The notes under the pieces are model-generated. The model was not told the origin of the DNA and searched no databases. It saw only the letters and a list, made by a program, of their open reading frames with translations. This document shows positions 24,192-36,100 of a stretch of DNA of 64,000 bases, in pieces. Each line of letters begins with the position of its first letter. Position 1 is the first letter of the stretch. The stretch is from Malacoraja senta. Taxonomy: Eukaryota. The position numbers were made by a program, and so were the translations under genes. Where the stretch lies: positions 1,240,001 to 1,304,000 of the forward strand of contig CM075998.1 in assembly GCA_038087875.1 (NCBI GenBank), written 5' to 3'.

Positions 24192-27100
24192 GTAGGTGTC
24201 TCAAGCACTTGAAAGGGGCAGCACCTCACTTTGTATTGCAGCCTTAGCATGTTTAGCGTTTTAGTTGTCCTCACTAAGTGGTGAGAATAGAAAATCAAAT
24301 CATAACCCTAGTGGGATGTGGTGAATTTTTGCCCTGTCAATTTTGAAACAGAAACCCCAAAAGCCGGTATTCTACAGCCTTTCTGTTCCTGTGCCGATAT
24401 TCAGCCTATTTGACCTCTATGCTGGGAGTTTGTGCCTTTTTCATGTTTAAAACAACTTAGAATATTTGTCAAATAAGGAAAGATAGATGTATCTTACACA
24501 GTGGTGGAAATGTTTCCATTCCGAGAGGAGGGAGAGAAACTAGAGGGGGACGAGGCAACTGATAGCCAGGATCACTGTGAATGTTTCTGAATGGGATGTG
24601 GCATCAGCCCCTTCCACTGCAGGGAGGTGTTCAATGTCAGTAGGAACTTTTGGCCCTTTAACAGGTGCGTGTCTGTTTTAAATCGTGGAAGTGCTTTGCT
24701 CTTCCTCTGCATATGGCTCTCCTGTGAGGGCTAATGTGCAAGGAGCTAATTATCATGTTCCCTGGGATTAACTACTCTCTGAAAAGAATTAACTGAAGGC
24801 AAACAATGGGCCCTGATAATTTTTGGCTGTATTTATTCTTGCCTGCATTGTTTGCCTTTTTAAGTATTCACAAGATGAAAAAGGAGCAATAAGAGGCTGC
24901 AAGAAATTAGTGAACTGAATGTTGATGATTATCAACAGTCTGTATTTTTATTTCAGGCAGCCAGGACAACAGGTACGAGCTACAGCCTTGTTTTTAATCA
25001 ATCCAGTGAAATATTGTTTTTTCCTCAAAAAGCTAAGAAGAGGCGAGCTGGCCTGAATTTACTCCCACATCCATATAAGCAATCACTTTTTTATCTGCAA
25101 GGATCTCTGGCCAGGATTCATTGCAAAGGAGGTTGTTCAGCCCATCGGGATGTGCAGACTCTTAAGTTCACACTACCTTATGATCCTCCCCCCCCCCCCC
25201 CCCCCATAGCCCTTTACCTCATCTGTTTCAAATTATCTAACCTTTTGACAGTTGTTGCCTTGACTGTTCCATGTGACAACTGATTCCGCTCCACCCCTCA
25301 TTCTCAAACAGTCTCTCGGTAAATCGACGCGGGGGGGGGGGGGGGGGGGGGGGGTGATGGGGTGGTGGTGGTTTGGTGCTGCTTCTTCTTCTTCTTGCGT
25401 ATGGCGTGCACAGCCTAAAGTTGTAGGACAACTTGTTCTATTTGATCTTATTTGATTGTGCACGCGGGTTGATTGCATTAGTCGAAACAGGGCAGACCAC
25501 GTGAAGGTTTCAATCTTCCACCCCGTTTGGTGCTGCTGATTTGCTGGGAATAGGCTTTGCTGTGTTGGCATTGGCTAATTTTGACTTTCACATTCCTGAA
25601 ATAACTCTCTTCTGTTCACCAACTTGAAATGTCCTCACTAAGCACAGAAAAGCAGGTGCTTTTGGAATTGTGACGCTGGGTAGGGTTTAGAGGGATATAT
25701 AGGCCAAATGCAAGCAAATTGGACTGCAGCCCAGAATGGCAACTTGGTTGGCATGGACAAGGTGGGCTGAAAGGCCTGTTCCATGCTGAAGCTCAATGAT
25801 TCCATAAATCTAAGTGTGTCTGTAGCACACTTAGAAGGACCGAATTGCCCTTCTGGGTTGAACTTAGCTGAGTGTAGGGTCGTGGTGTCTATCACAAGTG
25901 TCATGGTGGTAGTTATTACATTCCTGCCAATTCTACATTTCATTCACTATTAAGCTGAAAATCATGCTCGCCGTATAATAGGCATCTGATGCAATATTGC
26001 CTGTTTCGCATTAACCTCACTACTCTCAAAAATAATTCTGTGTTTTTTATTTTACAAAACTTGGTACAGTGTTCATCAAGGACCAGCATGTGGTGTTCTG
26101 GTTGTGAAGTTGGTTGCCTTTCCCATCAGACTCTGAAGCCACTTGATTAAAAAAGACACGGATAGCAAAGAATTAGTAGCGACCTTACCGCACAGACGAG
26201 TGGGTCAGGAAGGGGAAACCAAAATGTTTGAATTTAAGGGGCAGGGGGGACTCTACCTCTCTTGCAAAGAGCTTACAGGCCTTTCTGCAGCTGGGCCGTG
26301 AACAAAGTAGTCTTCACATTGGGCTCCGTGAGAAACAATCGTCTGCAGAGATCAAATAATGGGCCTTACAAAACTGCTGAGGTGATGTGTTTGTTTCCTG
26401 AAAATTGGAAATGGTGCTCCAGAAACCTGTTCCTGTCTCAGTGAAAGGCTCTGTTCAATTTCAACCACATTTCACAGATGATTTCCCTTTGCCCAGACAC
26501 TGTCTGTTTCTCACAAAGGGACAAGCCGCTTTAATTTGATGTAATCCTTCCTTCGTTGCTTCAGATGATTGATGGACCCTGAAGAACTCGCTGTTCTGAC
26601 ACTGACCTTTGGGTTCAGGATTGGACTTAAAAAGCTTTTCTCCCCCTCCGCCCAAGGTGAATTGTAAGGATGTTGGACTCCGAATGTCGACTCGCCTGGG
26701 GTCTCTGAGCAGTCAAATCTGTCTCTCACCAACAGGACTAATATCATGGCAGAGGTTTAAAAGCTCATCTGGCTTTCTGACTCTGCGGCAGAGGTCTTCC
26801 TCTTGGGGTCTCAAGGGGATGTGGATAGTTCCTTTATTTATTTATTTATTTATTTTTTAAAAATTGGCAAGTACACATAAGGTTGAATTGTATTCCTATA
26901 TAATATGATTCTGAAAGTCATAGAGAGATATAGCACGGAAACCGGCCCTTTAGACCACAGAGTACACATCAACTGTCCATCACTCATTTACGCTGATGGA
27001 TCACTCATTCTATTTTAATTTTCCCCACATTCTCATCCACTCCTTCCAAATTCTACCACTCTTTTGCCACTAGAGGCAATGCACAGTGGATAATGAACTT

Positions 27101-30100
27101 ACCGACCCGCACGTCTTTGGGATGTGGGAAGAAACTGGAGCACTGGGGGGGGGGAAAGAACATGCAAACTCTATATGCACAAAGCACAGAGGTCAGGATT
27201 GAACCCGGTTCTCTAGCACTGAGGCAGCGGCTCTACTAGCTGTGCTGTAGTGCTCTAAGTGTTGGTGTTTTTAATCCCCTTTTGCCTAGCCTTCCTATTT
27301 GAAAAAAAGAGACGTCCAATTTTGAGCCCCTAACTGTTTTGCAGCCAATTAGGTACTGTTTTCTTTGAATGGATGCTAGTTATGGAGGAAACTTGCCAGG
27401 TAGTTTGTGCACGGCAGCCTCCCACAGGGGTCTTCAAAATGGATAGATTAGACTGCAGTGTGCCCTCTCCGTGAATGTCGGTGCACTCCGTGTGGGTGTG
27501 TGTGTGTTCAGCTTCTGCTCCTTGTACCGTTCTCAGAGCAGTGACTGACAACCCTCTGCTCTGTTTCAGCAACCTCATCCTAAAGAAGCACAAGCGACTG
27601 AGGACCAAGAACGTTCGCTTTGATCAGGTCACTGTCTACTACTTCACCCGCCGCCAGGGATTCACCAGTGTGCCCAGCCAAGGTGGCAGCTCCCTCGGCA
27701 TGGCCAGGCGCCACAACTGCATCCGCAGGTACACACTCTGCGATATGCTCAGGAGCAGGAACACCTTCACCGGCAAATGCTTCGTGATCATTTGAAGGAA
27801 GAGAAACTTAATGTGCGCAAAATGAAGGTAAATAAAATGTGTATGGCTTGTTGGTATGTTTAGCAGTCAGTTGTGGGAATGTTTTCCTCTATCTCCTGAA
27901 ATTTTCTCCATTATAAATTCCACTGGAGTAACTTGCAAGTAATTTTTTTTAAAGCGATTTATATGAATTATATTGGATTAGATAGTGACCCTTGCAGAAT
28001 TCTTAAGATTCCTTTGGCAAATATTCATTAATGTCCATCAGCGTGAAACCTCAGCACTGTCCATTGTGAATATTGATGCTCAAACCATGTTCAATTGAAT
28101 GCAAGTGCTCTTTATTTTGACCAGCTACTTTAGGAATGTTGAGTTTAAGGATTAAAATTGTCATCTCTAACATTGTTCCAAAGGAAATTGCATGTCCATA
28201 TTGAGAAGTAGCGATGGAGAAATGGCTGTGTTTTTATACTTCATCACAAAAATACAACTGCCAAAAATACAGCTCCCTTGGCCCCACACGTCCCGCAGGG
28301 AATCACTCCATTGCAACTCTTTAATGATGGTCTTAATTTTTGTGTTCATGTTTCTGAAACAGGATTTGGATACAAGACCTCCTGACTCTGATGTAGGAAT
28401 CAGGAGGTCATCTGATGCACATGACAAAGGGAAGGGTGTGCTGGGTGTAGAATTCTGCTTGTTTATGTTGCTATGAACTGACCTTATTGTAGGTTGGTCT
28501 CTGCTGAGTGCATTCATCTGCACGCCTTTGCTTGGAATGAACCAGAGATTCGGTACAGAGTGAGTCACAACTGCTCCAAAAAGGGCACCACAGCACTCAA
28601 CCATGTCTTGTGATGACACATCCCTCTGCCGTGTGCTGCCAGCATTTTCTCTCAGACTTTGACGGGTGTACAAGTTTGAGGCGATGGTATCTAATTGGTG
28701 GAGGAAGGTGTGAATAGTTATTGCTGGAGCCTGTCACCTTTCTCCCTCTTTTCATTCCATGGTTGATTTAACTAGTCAAATATAATGAATTTGGGACACA
28801 GAGTACTGTGATTATAATTCGGCAAAAGCTCAGAATTGAGTATTATACACAAGGCTCTTTCGACAATTTTCATTATGAACTTGGCAAGTCTGTCCATGAC
28901 CATTCGTTGCCCCACTTTTTGGTCTGCCCAATAATTGTTTGAAGACCTGCCTGTTCTTTTCAGTAGTGTTGCTACGTGTGCTGAACAAAGTGTTCCAATT
29001 CCATGCAGCAGGTGGAACATGGTGGCAGTCGCTTGGGTGATTGCTTTGTGAAATAATTGGAGGAGCAGAGTTTATTAACACATTGTCACATCACAGCGGC
29101 TGTGTCTCGCACTCCGTTTGTTGGTGCATGCTCAGTGTGCCTTTACTCAAATGACTGCTCAAATAAGAAAACTCTTTGCATGACAGTGCAAGCTCTAGCT
29201 TTTCAGAAAGGTGTCTGAAAATCTTGGTGTCTGGCAAGACCTCCTCTGTTGCTCAGAGTTCTTTGATGTCTGCACAGCCTTTTAAGGAGAGATGGTGACA
29301 CAAGAAACTGCAGATGCGGGGATCTTGAGTAAAAACGCAGCGCAAGAGGAACATGGTGCGCCAGGCAGTATCTGTGGAGAGAAATGGACATGATATTTCG
29401 GGTCATGACCCTTCTTCAGGGTTTATGTTTTAGTCAGCCCAGTCCTAGTTCACTACAAGCCCCGTTCCTGAGTGACTCGGGGTGTAGAAATTTCCCTCGA
29501 TTCCCTCAAACGAGAAAGCCAAGAGAAGCATTTATGTGTGTTTATATCATTTAAGTTACATGGGAGAAATGCATTCTGAGATATGGAGTTAAACAATTGT
29601 TTGTAAAATTATAACAAGCATAAACCTTTCAATAAGCTTCATGCCATGGTGCTGAAGAAGCACACTGCACCAAATTGTATCAGTAACTAGTATTTTCCAA
29701 GGATAGTGTTCTTTGAGATAAATATAATGTCTTTAGCATTTATATTCCCCCTCATCACCAAGTCATCAACTTTATTTTCTCTCCTATAGAATTGCTCGTT
29801 CCAATCTGCAGTTTCAAGGCCAATTCAATGTAAAGCCTTGTTACCATTGTCTCTCAAGGTAATGCTCAAGGCTGCTCTTGAATTGCTGGTGCCCTAAGAG
29901 ACCGGCAGCTCTTGTTGCTGTGGTTTAGTTATTAATGTTTCCAATAATTTAGTTTGGTACAGAGACCTATCAAAACCCAATGCCCCCTGCTCAAGCAAAT
30001 TGTAGGCAACATTCGCTACCCTACCCTCGTCAATCCATCTTCACTTCCATATATAAAATTTGTGAGACGGGACCTCCCCCACTGTCATGCTAACTATCCC

Positions 30101-33100
30101 AAGGTCAAGGGCAACAGGTGCATGGTACACCATCGCCTGGAGGTTCCCCCTCCAAGTTGCCTGCCATCCCAACCAGTAAATGTAATCTTAGCTGTTCCTT
30201 GTCACTTGATCTGACTCCTGGAACAGCAATGTGGGAGCACCTTCACCAGAAGGACGGCAACAGTTCAAGATGGTGGCTCATCCCCACCTTCTCAAGGGCA
30301 GTTTTGGATGGCACTAAATATTGACCTTGCCAGTGATACCAGATTCAAACAACAAATTAAAAGCCAAACAAAGTTCTGAATATGGGAAGGTGTTCAAAAT
30401 TGTTTTTGTTTAAATAAAAACCGTTCTTATTTGGCAGTGAAAGTGGGGGGTGGGGGGAAGAGAGAGAGAGGAGACATGATAGGTGGGAGGAAGAGACAAT
30501 GGCTCAGAATGGTGGTCTTAGAAATGGGCTTCAGATGGAATCTGTTTATTTAATGTTTGGAAGGAGTGCAATCTGAGCAGAGACGTGCTCCAAAATTCAT
30601 CCTTCTCATGGGTCTAAAGGATCTTCTCCCAGCCCCCCCCCTTGTCCCCTGCCCTAATGGGACAGTGGAAATGGGGAACTGAGGCTCATCCTCGGATGAG
30701 ATCGCGTGGAGTGGAATCCTTGTTTATAAATACAAATAAATCCGAATAACTTGCTCAGTTTNNNNNNNNNNNNNNNNNNNNNNNNNNNNNNNNNNNNNNN
30801 NNNNNNNNNNNNNNNNNNNNNNNNNNNNNNNNNNNNNNNNNNNNNNNNNNNNNNNNNNNNNNNNNNNNNNNNNNNNNNNNNNNNNNNNNNNNNNNNNNNN
30901 NNNNNNNNNNNNNNNNNNNNNNNNNNNNNNNNNNNNNNNNNNNNNNNNNNNNNNNNNNNNNACTACCTTTCTGTACTTTTCTCAAATGAGGAAAATTTGT
31001 TTTATTAGCATTTTATAATAAACATTGTAACCTCGGCTTGCATTCCTGCTTTCTGTCCTAAACAAAGGTCATGTTTCGGGCTATAGGTTTGAGGATGAAG
31101 TAATCTCAAACTTGGGTTACAGCTGCTGTTGATTGATCTTCCTCCCACCTCCCCTTCCACATGTCGAGAGATAATACAAGCATTGTGGAGGGATGGCACT
31201 GCTTGTGGAGATTACCATGGTGCCACCATTTTGTTGTTCTTGTACCAAAGATTCCATCCAGCAACCCATATCAAGAGCTGTCAAACACCTCTCCTTGGAA
31301 ATGGAGGAACAAGGAACTGGAGATGCTAGTTTACAAAATAGAGAGACAAAGTGCTAGAGTAACTCAGCGGGTCAGGCAGCATCTCTGGATAACATGTACA
31401 GGTGACCTTACAGGTCAGGTTTGGACCCTTCTTCAGATTGATTGCCCTACCACAAAGCCTGTTTTTTTGTAATAATAGGCAGATGCTTAGACAAAGGCCA
31501 GAGATGAAAAGACAAAAGGTGTGACATTTGGATAGAAATTGTGATGCCAGAGAAAGTAAGGGGAGGGGATAAATGGGTGTGAATACAGGTGGGGCACAGG
31601 AAGAGGCGTGGGGGGAGAGAGGAAGAAGGGGGACGCGTTTTTGGTTAGTTACCTAAAATTGGAGAATTCAATGTTCATACTGTTGAGTTGTATGCTACCC
31701 AAGCGGAATATGAGGTACTGTTCCTCCAGTTTACATGTGGCCTCACTCTGGTTATAGAGGAGGCCCAGGACAGAAACTGTGGGAGTTGTTGGGTTTGTGG
31801 TTGATGCCAGTTGATGGACCTTCCACCTACATTCCTTCCTTCGACTTCACAATTTGCAAATCTTCTATGCTTATTTCACACCTATTGCTTTTCATCTCTG
31901 GCCTTTGTCCAACCATCTGCCTATATAATTTAAAAAAACCTCGCCTGTATCCACCGATCACTTGTCAGGCTTTATCTTCTCCTCCAGCTTAATCTCCCCC
32001 ACCCCCTTACCACAATCAGTCTGAAGAAAGGTCCCAACCTGCAATGTCACCTGTCCGTGTTCTCCAGACTTGCCGCCTGACCCGCTGAGATACTCCAGCA
32101 CTTTGTCTTTTTCTCTCTTTAAATGGTTCTGCTACTAGGAGGAACTTTTTAGTCTGGGGTCTGTGGCTCAGAACCCAGATCTAAAATAGCAAGGTTACAA
32201 TGAGCCCCACAATTCATTGACGATGGGCACCATAACATGCATTTAAGGTTCATGTGGAAGTTCACTGGAGATGTAACCATCAAGGATTTTTTCTGGACTC
32301 GAGCATTAAAGATTCGTCTCCAGGCCAACCCAAAGAAAAACTAAGTCATGTACAAAGAAAACTTTCCAATATTGATCAAAAGTCAGTCAGAAACCAGCAT
32401 TTGCAGTTCCTTGTTACATTTTGACTGCTCCACTACGAAATCTCCTCGGACATGCCTACTTTGAAGAAGTTCCCTTCCTTTGCCTGAAAGGAGTTCTGTG
32501 AGACCCTCTTTCCCCGCTCCCCCTGCAATCAATCTGAAGAAGGGTCCTGACCCGAAACGTCATCTATCCATTTTCTCCAGAGATGCTGCCTGACATGCTG
32601 AGTTACTTCAGCATTTTGTCTTTCTTTAGAAATGGTCTTCATGTTGGCTAATGAGCCAGACTTTCCATTTGGCCGATGGAAGGCCTGACCATGCGAATGT
32701 GCGTGTTTGGAAACCTTTATAGGAGTGTGAGGGGTAGAGCAGTTGCAGGAAAGAGAAGTGACTAAGCCTCCGTGAATGCCTTGAGCCAGAGTTGGCGCAA
32801 AGTGGTGACCTGGGCAGGTGAAAGTACTGCACTATTGTGTAATGATGCCAAATGACAGGGTTGGTACCAAGGCTGTTTCTTCACACTGGAGAGTAAATCC
32901 AGCAGTGAGGATTGAGGGACCACCTGTTCAAGGCGAAGTTGAGGAGATATTCCTTTGTGCAGAAGGTTGTGATCCTCTGGGATTCACTTCCACCCCCATA
33001 TAGCCTTTTGCTCAGTACATTCAAGGCTGAATCTGACGGATCCTTTCGACAGGGAATGGGGACTGGGTGGCAGAGAAGTACAGGATCATCCATGATCTTA

Positions 33101-36100
33101 GTCAATCACACAGCAGAATTGAGTGGCTGTCTTGCCACGCAAGTCTAGGTACTTGCAGCACAGGCACCTGGACTTAAACCACTCTAATCTTTTCCCCAAC
33201 AGTTGACCAAGAACGGTATGGTTGAGTCGGAGGAGGCCAATGTACTCACCATTGATGACGTTTCCGATGATGACATTGATGTGGACAGTATTGAGGTAGA
33301 TGACTATTTCTTTTTACAACCACTACCCACAAAAAGGCGAAGAGCTTTGTTACGTGCATCGGGCGTCAACAGGATTGATATGGAGGAAAAGCACGAGCTA
33401 CGGGCCATTCGCTCATCCAGGGAGGAATGCGGGTGTGACTGTAGGTTTTACTGTGACCCCGAGGTGTGCCCCTGTAGCAAAGCGGGAATCAAGTGCCAGG
33501 TAAGGTCTAAGTTTCTGGCCAATAGGAATGACTTTTGTACAACTCCAGGAGAGCAAATTGGCTTTTATTTTTTGTGCAAACATTTTGTGTGATTTATTTT
33601 GTTTTTTAACATGCCTGATGCTATGGGAGCGGATTATAAATTCTTAATAATACAGTGCAGATTTAAAATAGAACCCAACTGGGAAGGTGGGATGGAGTTG
33701 GTAGATGCAAGCTATTGAATGCCCATGTTCACCTCAACACCAGCAGGATAAAAATCCCAAGCATAACAACTGAGGGATGGAGAGCTGGAGGGATTTGGTG
33801 GAGGGAATGGGCAGAGGACATTTCAGGTCAGGACTCATCTTCAAACTGATGGCGTAGGGGTGGAGAAAGCTGGTCGTGAGAGGTGAGGGCAAGGAGTGAG
33901 GTGAAAGCTGGCAAGTGGTAGATGAATCCAGATGAGGAGAGGTTGATTGGCCGATGAGTTGGTTACCAAGGCTGGAGGAGATAAGTGGAGAAGACAAAAG
34001 GGTCCAAATGGTGGAATCTGATAAGGAGGGCGAGGTGTGAAGAGTAGAATGACAGGGAAGGATGGTGGGGATGAGTTGGGTGGAAAGGAGCAGGGAGGAC
34101 TGAGAGATCAGCAGGTGGAGGAAAGGAAATGAACTGGATGACGTGGGCAGCGAAATGGAAAGAAAGTATTTTGGTGGGTGGAGGGGGGTGGTATAGCTTA
34201 CCGAGGTGGAATATGAGGCGTTACTCTTACAGTTTGCATGTGGCCTCACTCTGGTAGTGGAGGAGGCCAAGGATTGATTAAATGTCTGTCTTTCCTTGCA
34301 TTATGTTTCTGACATGAAATTACTGGGTTTCTCTGTAATTAAGTCCATAAAATCAGACCAAGACAAGGCCTTCAAGACTGTTCCATTACTTGTTGTCGAC
34401 TTTCTTGCCTGATCTCTCAATTCTGAATTTTCAGCCACCCTCGCCTTCCAATTGCTTGGCGGCTGAGATCCACTGGTGGGGAGAATTCCAAAGATTTCTG
34501 AAAATGATTGTCTCGGGGCTAAATTGGCAGCCCCTTCTCTCACGGGAGCCCCTGGTTCGAGACTCTGGTCAGAGAGAATCGCGACATTACTCATTCTAGA
34601 CTCCTTTAAAGTGGGTGTAACTATGAATTCTCTCCTCTTCAAGAGATCCTGACAGGGCAGACGTTGTCACTACAGCCAATGGAAACCTGGCAGCTGACTG
34701 GTCTTGAAATTTGCCAATTCGGCCTTCCCTGACCCTAGTGTGGATGAGGGTTTCCTATCCAGGTCATTGGCTCGTCGATCCTCCATGAACTCCGAACAAG
34801 TGAACATCAGTAGGCTGTCCCTCCACGCTGGGTCCTGGCCTCGGCTGGTTCACAAGATGACGCACATAAACATGTAGGTGTGGAGAACAATTAGGAGGCA
34901 AATGGTGCGTTCACCTTTATTGCAAGAGGGGATGGATAGAGAAGTGCAAGGATATTTGCTGAGGTTGCACAGGGCTTTGGTGGGATCACATTGGACTAAT
35001 GTCTGCAGTCTCAAGCTGAAGGAAGGACGTGCCTGCTTTGGAGTCAGCGCAGCATTAATTCACTGGATCGGTTCCTTAGATGAAGGATTGCCCACGAGGA
35101 GAAAGATTGGCGTAAACTCATTGGAATTTAAAAGACCTATTCTGCTCGATGCAGAGTCTTAAACCAGGAGTCAGAGTATAAAGCTAACACAGATGAGGAG
35201 AAACTTGACACAATTTTCAAATCTTTGGCATCCTGCCTGAGGTCATTCACCATTCAAATCCATCAGTGTGATCCTCTATTTCCTTCTGCCTCATACGCGT
35301 GTCCCTTTAAATTCACTTCAAACACTTTGATTTAGATTGGTTGTCGTATACACCGACCGGGGTGCAATGCACCTTCGCATGAACCTCAGAAACTCTCGCA
35401 TATACAGTATGTGATAATGAAATCTACAACAATAGATACAATGACAAAAGCAACATGGCAGAATGGTGCGATAATTTTAATACAATCTGAAGTAGCATAA
35501 AACAGAAATGAAATGCAGTAATGGAATTACCTAATGAGGTAGAATTACGAGTGTTAGTGCTCTGTGTGGGAGCATGTTTCACATTCTCATTGTAGTTTTC
35601 ACAAGCGGAAATATTCTCTTTCTATCCACTCTAAACCTTCCGATGTTTTAAAAAAAAATCTCTAGGTCACCTTCTAACCTATATTTCTCCAGAAAAGAGA
35701 ACCCACAGAGAATGCTGCTTGCGCTCTTAGTATATCTGGAAGCCATAACCAGCTATCATATGTAATTCTGAAGGGTCTTCAACCTGAAATTGTAATGCTG
35801 TTTCCCTCTCCACAGATGCTGCCTGACCTACTGGGTGTTTCTAGCATTATGTTTTTATTTCCAATTTCCAGCATGCCCAGTTTTTAATTTTTGATTAAAA
35901 AATTCTTAGATCGCTCTTATTTTCAGATCCCACCATGGTTTTTTGCCTGTCCCTTTCTTTGTAATCTTCTCCAACCTTTCAAGTTTCAAATCTCTGTGCT
36001 CCTCCATATCTGACCTGTTATTCATCCCCAATTCCCATGGCTCTGCCATTGGAGGCCTGAGCCATAGAAGTCCTTCTGCCCCTTCTCCTCGAAGATATTC

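Noticed and set aside
22973-25354. Poly-G/poly-C tracts (22973-22999, 25188-25204, 25331-25354) as G-quadruplex elements
   Set aside because: Simple homopolymers, common across this window and unreliable in length; no independent evidence of function
30751-31008. ORFs spanning X residues
   Set aside because: Artefact of the 200-N gap
33734-34270. 178-aa Ser/Leu/Pro-rich ORF
   Set aside because: Low-complexity translation of a Penelope UTR remnant
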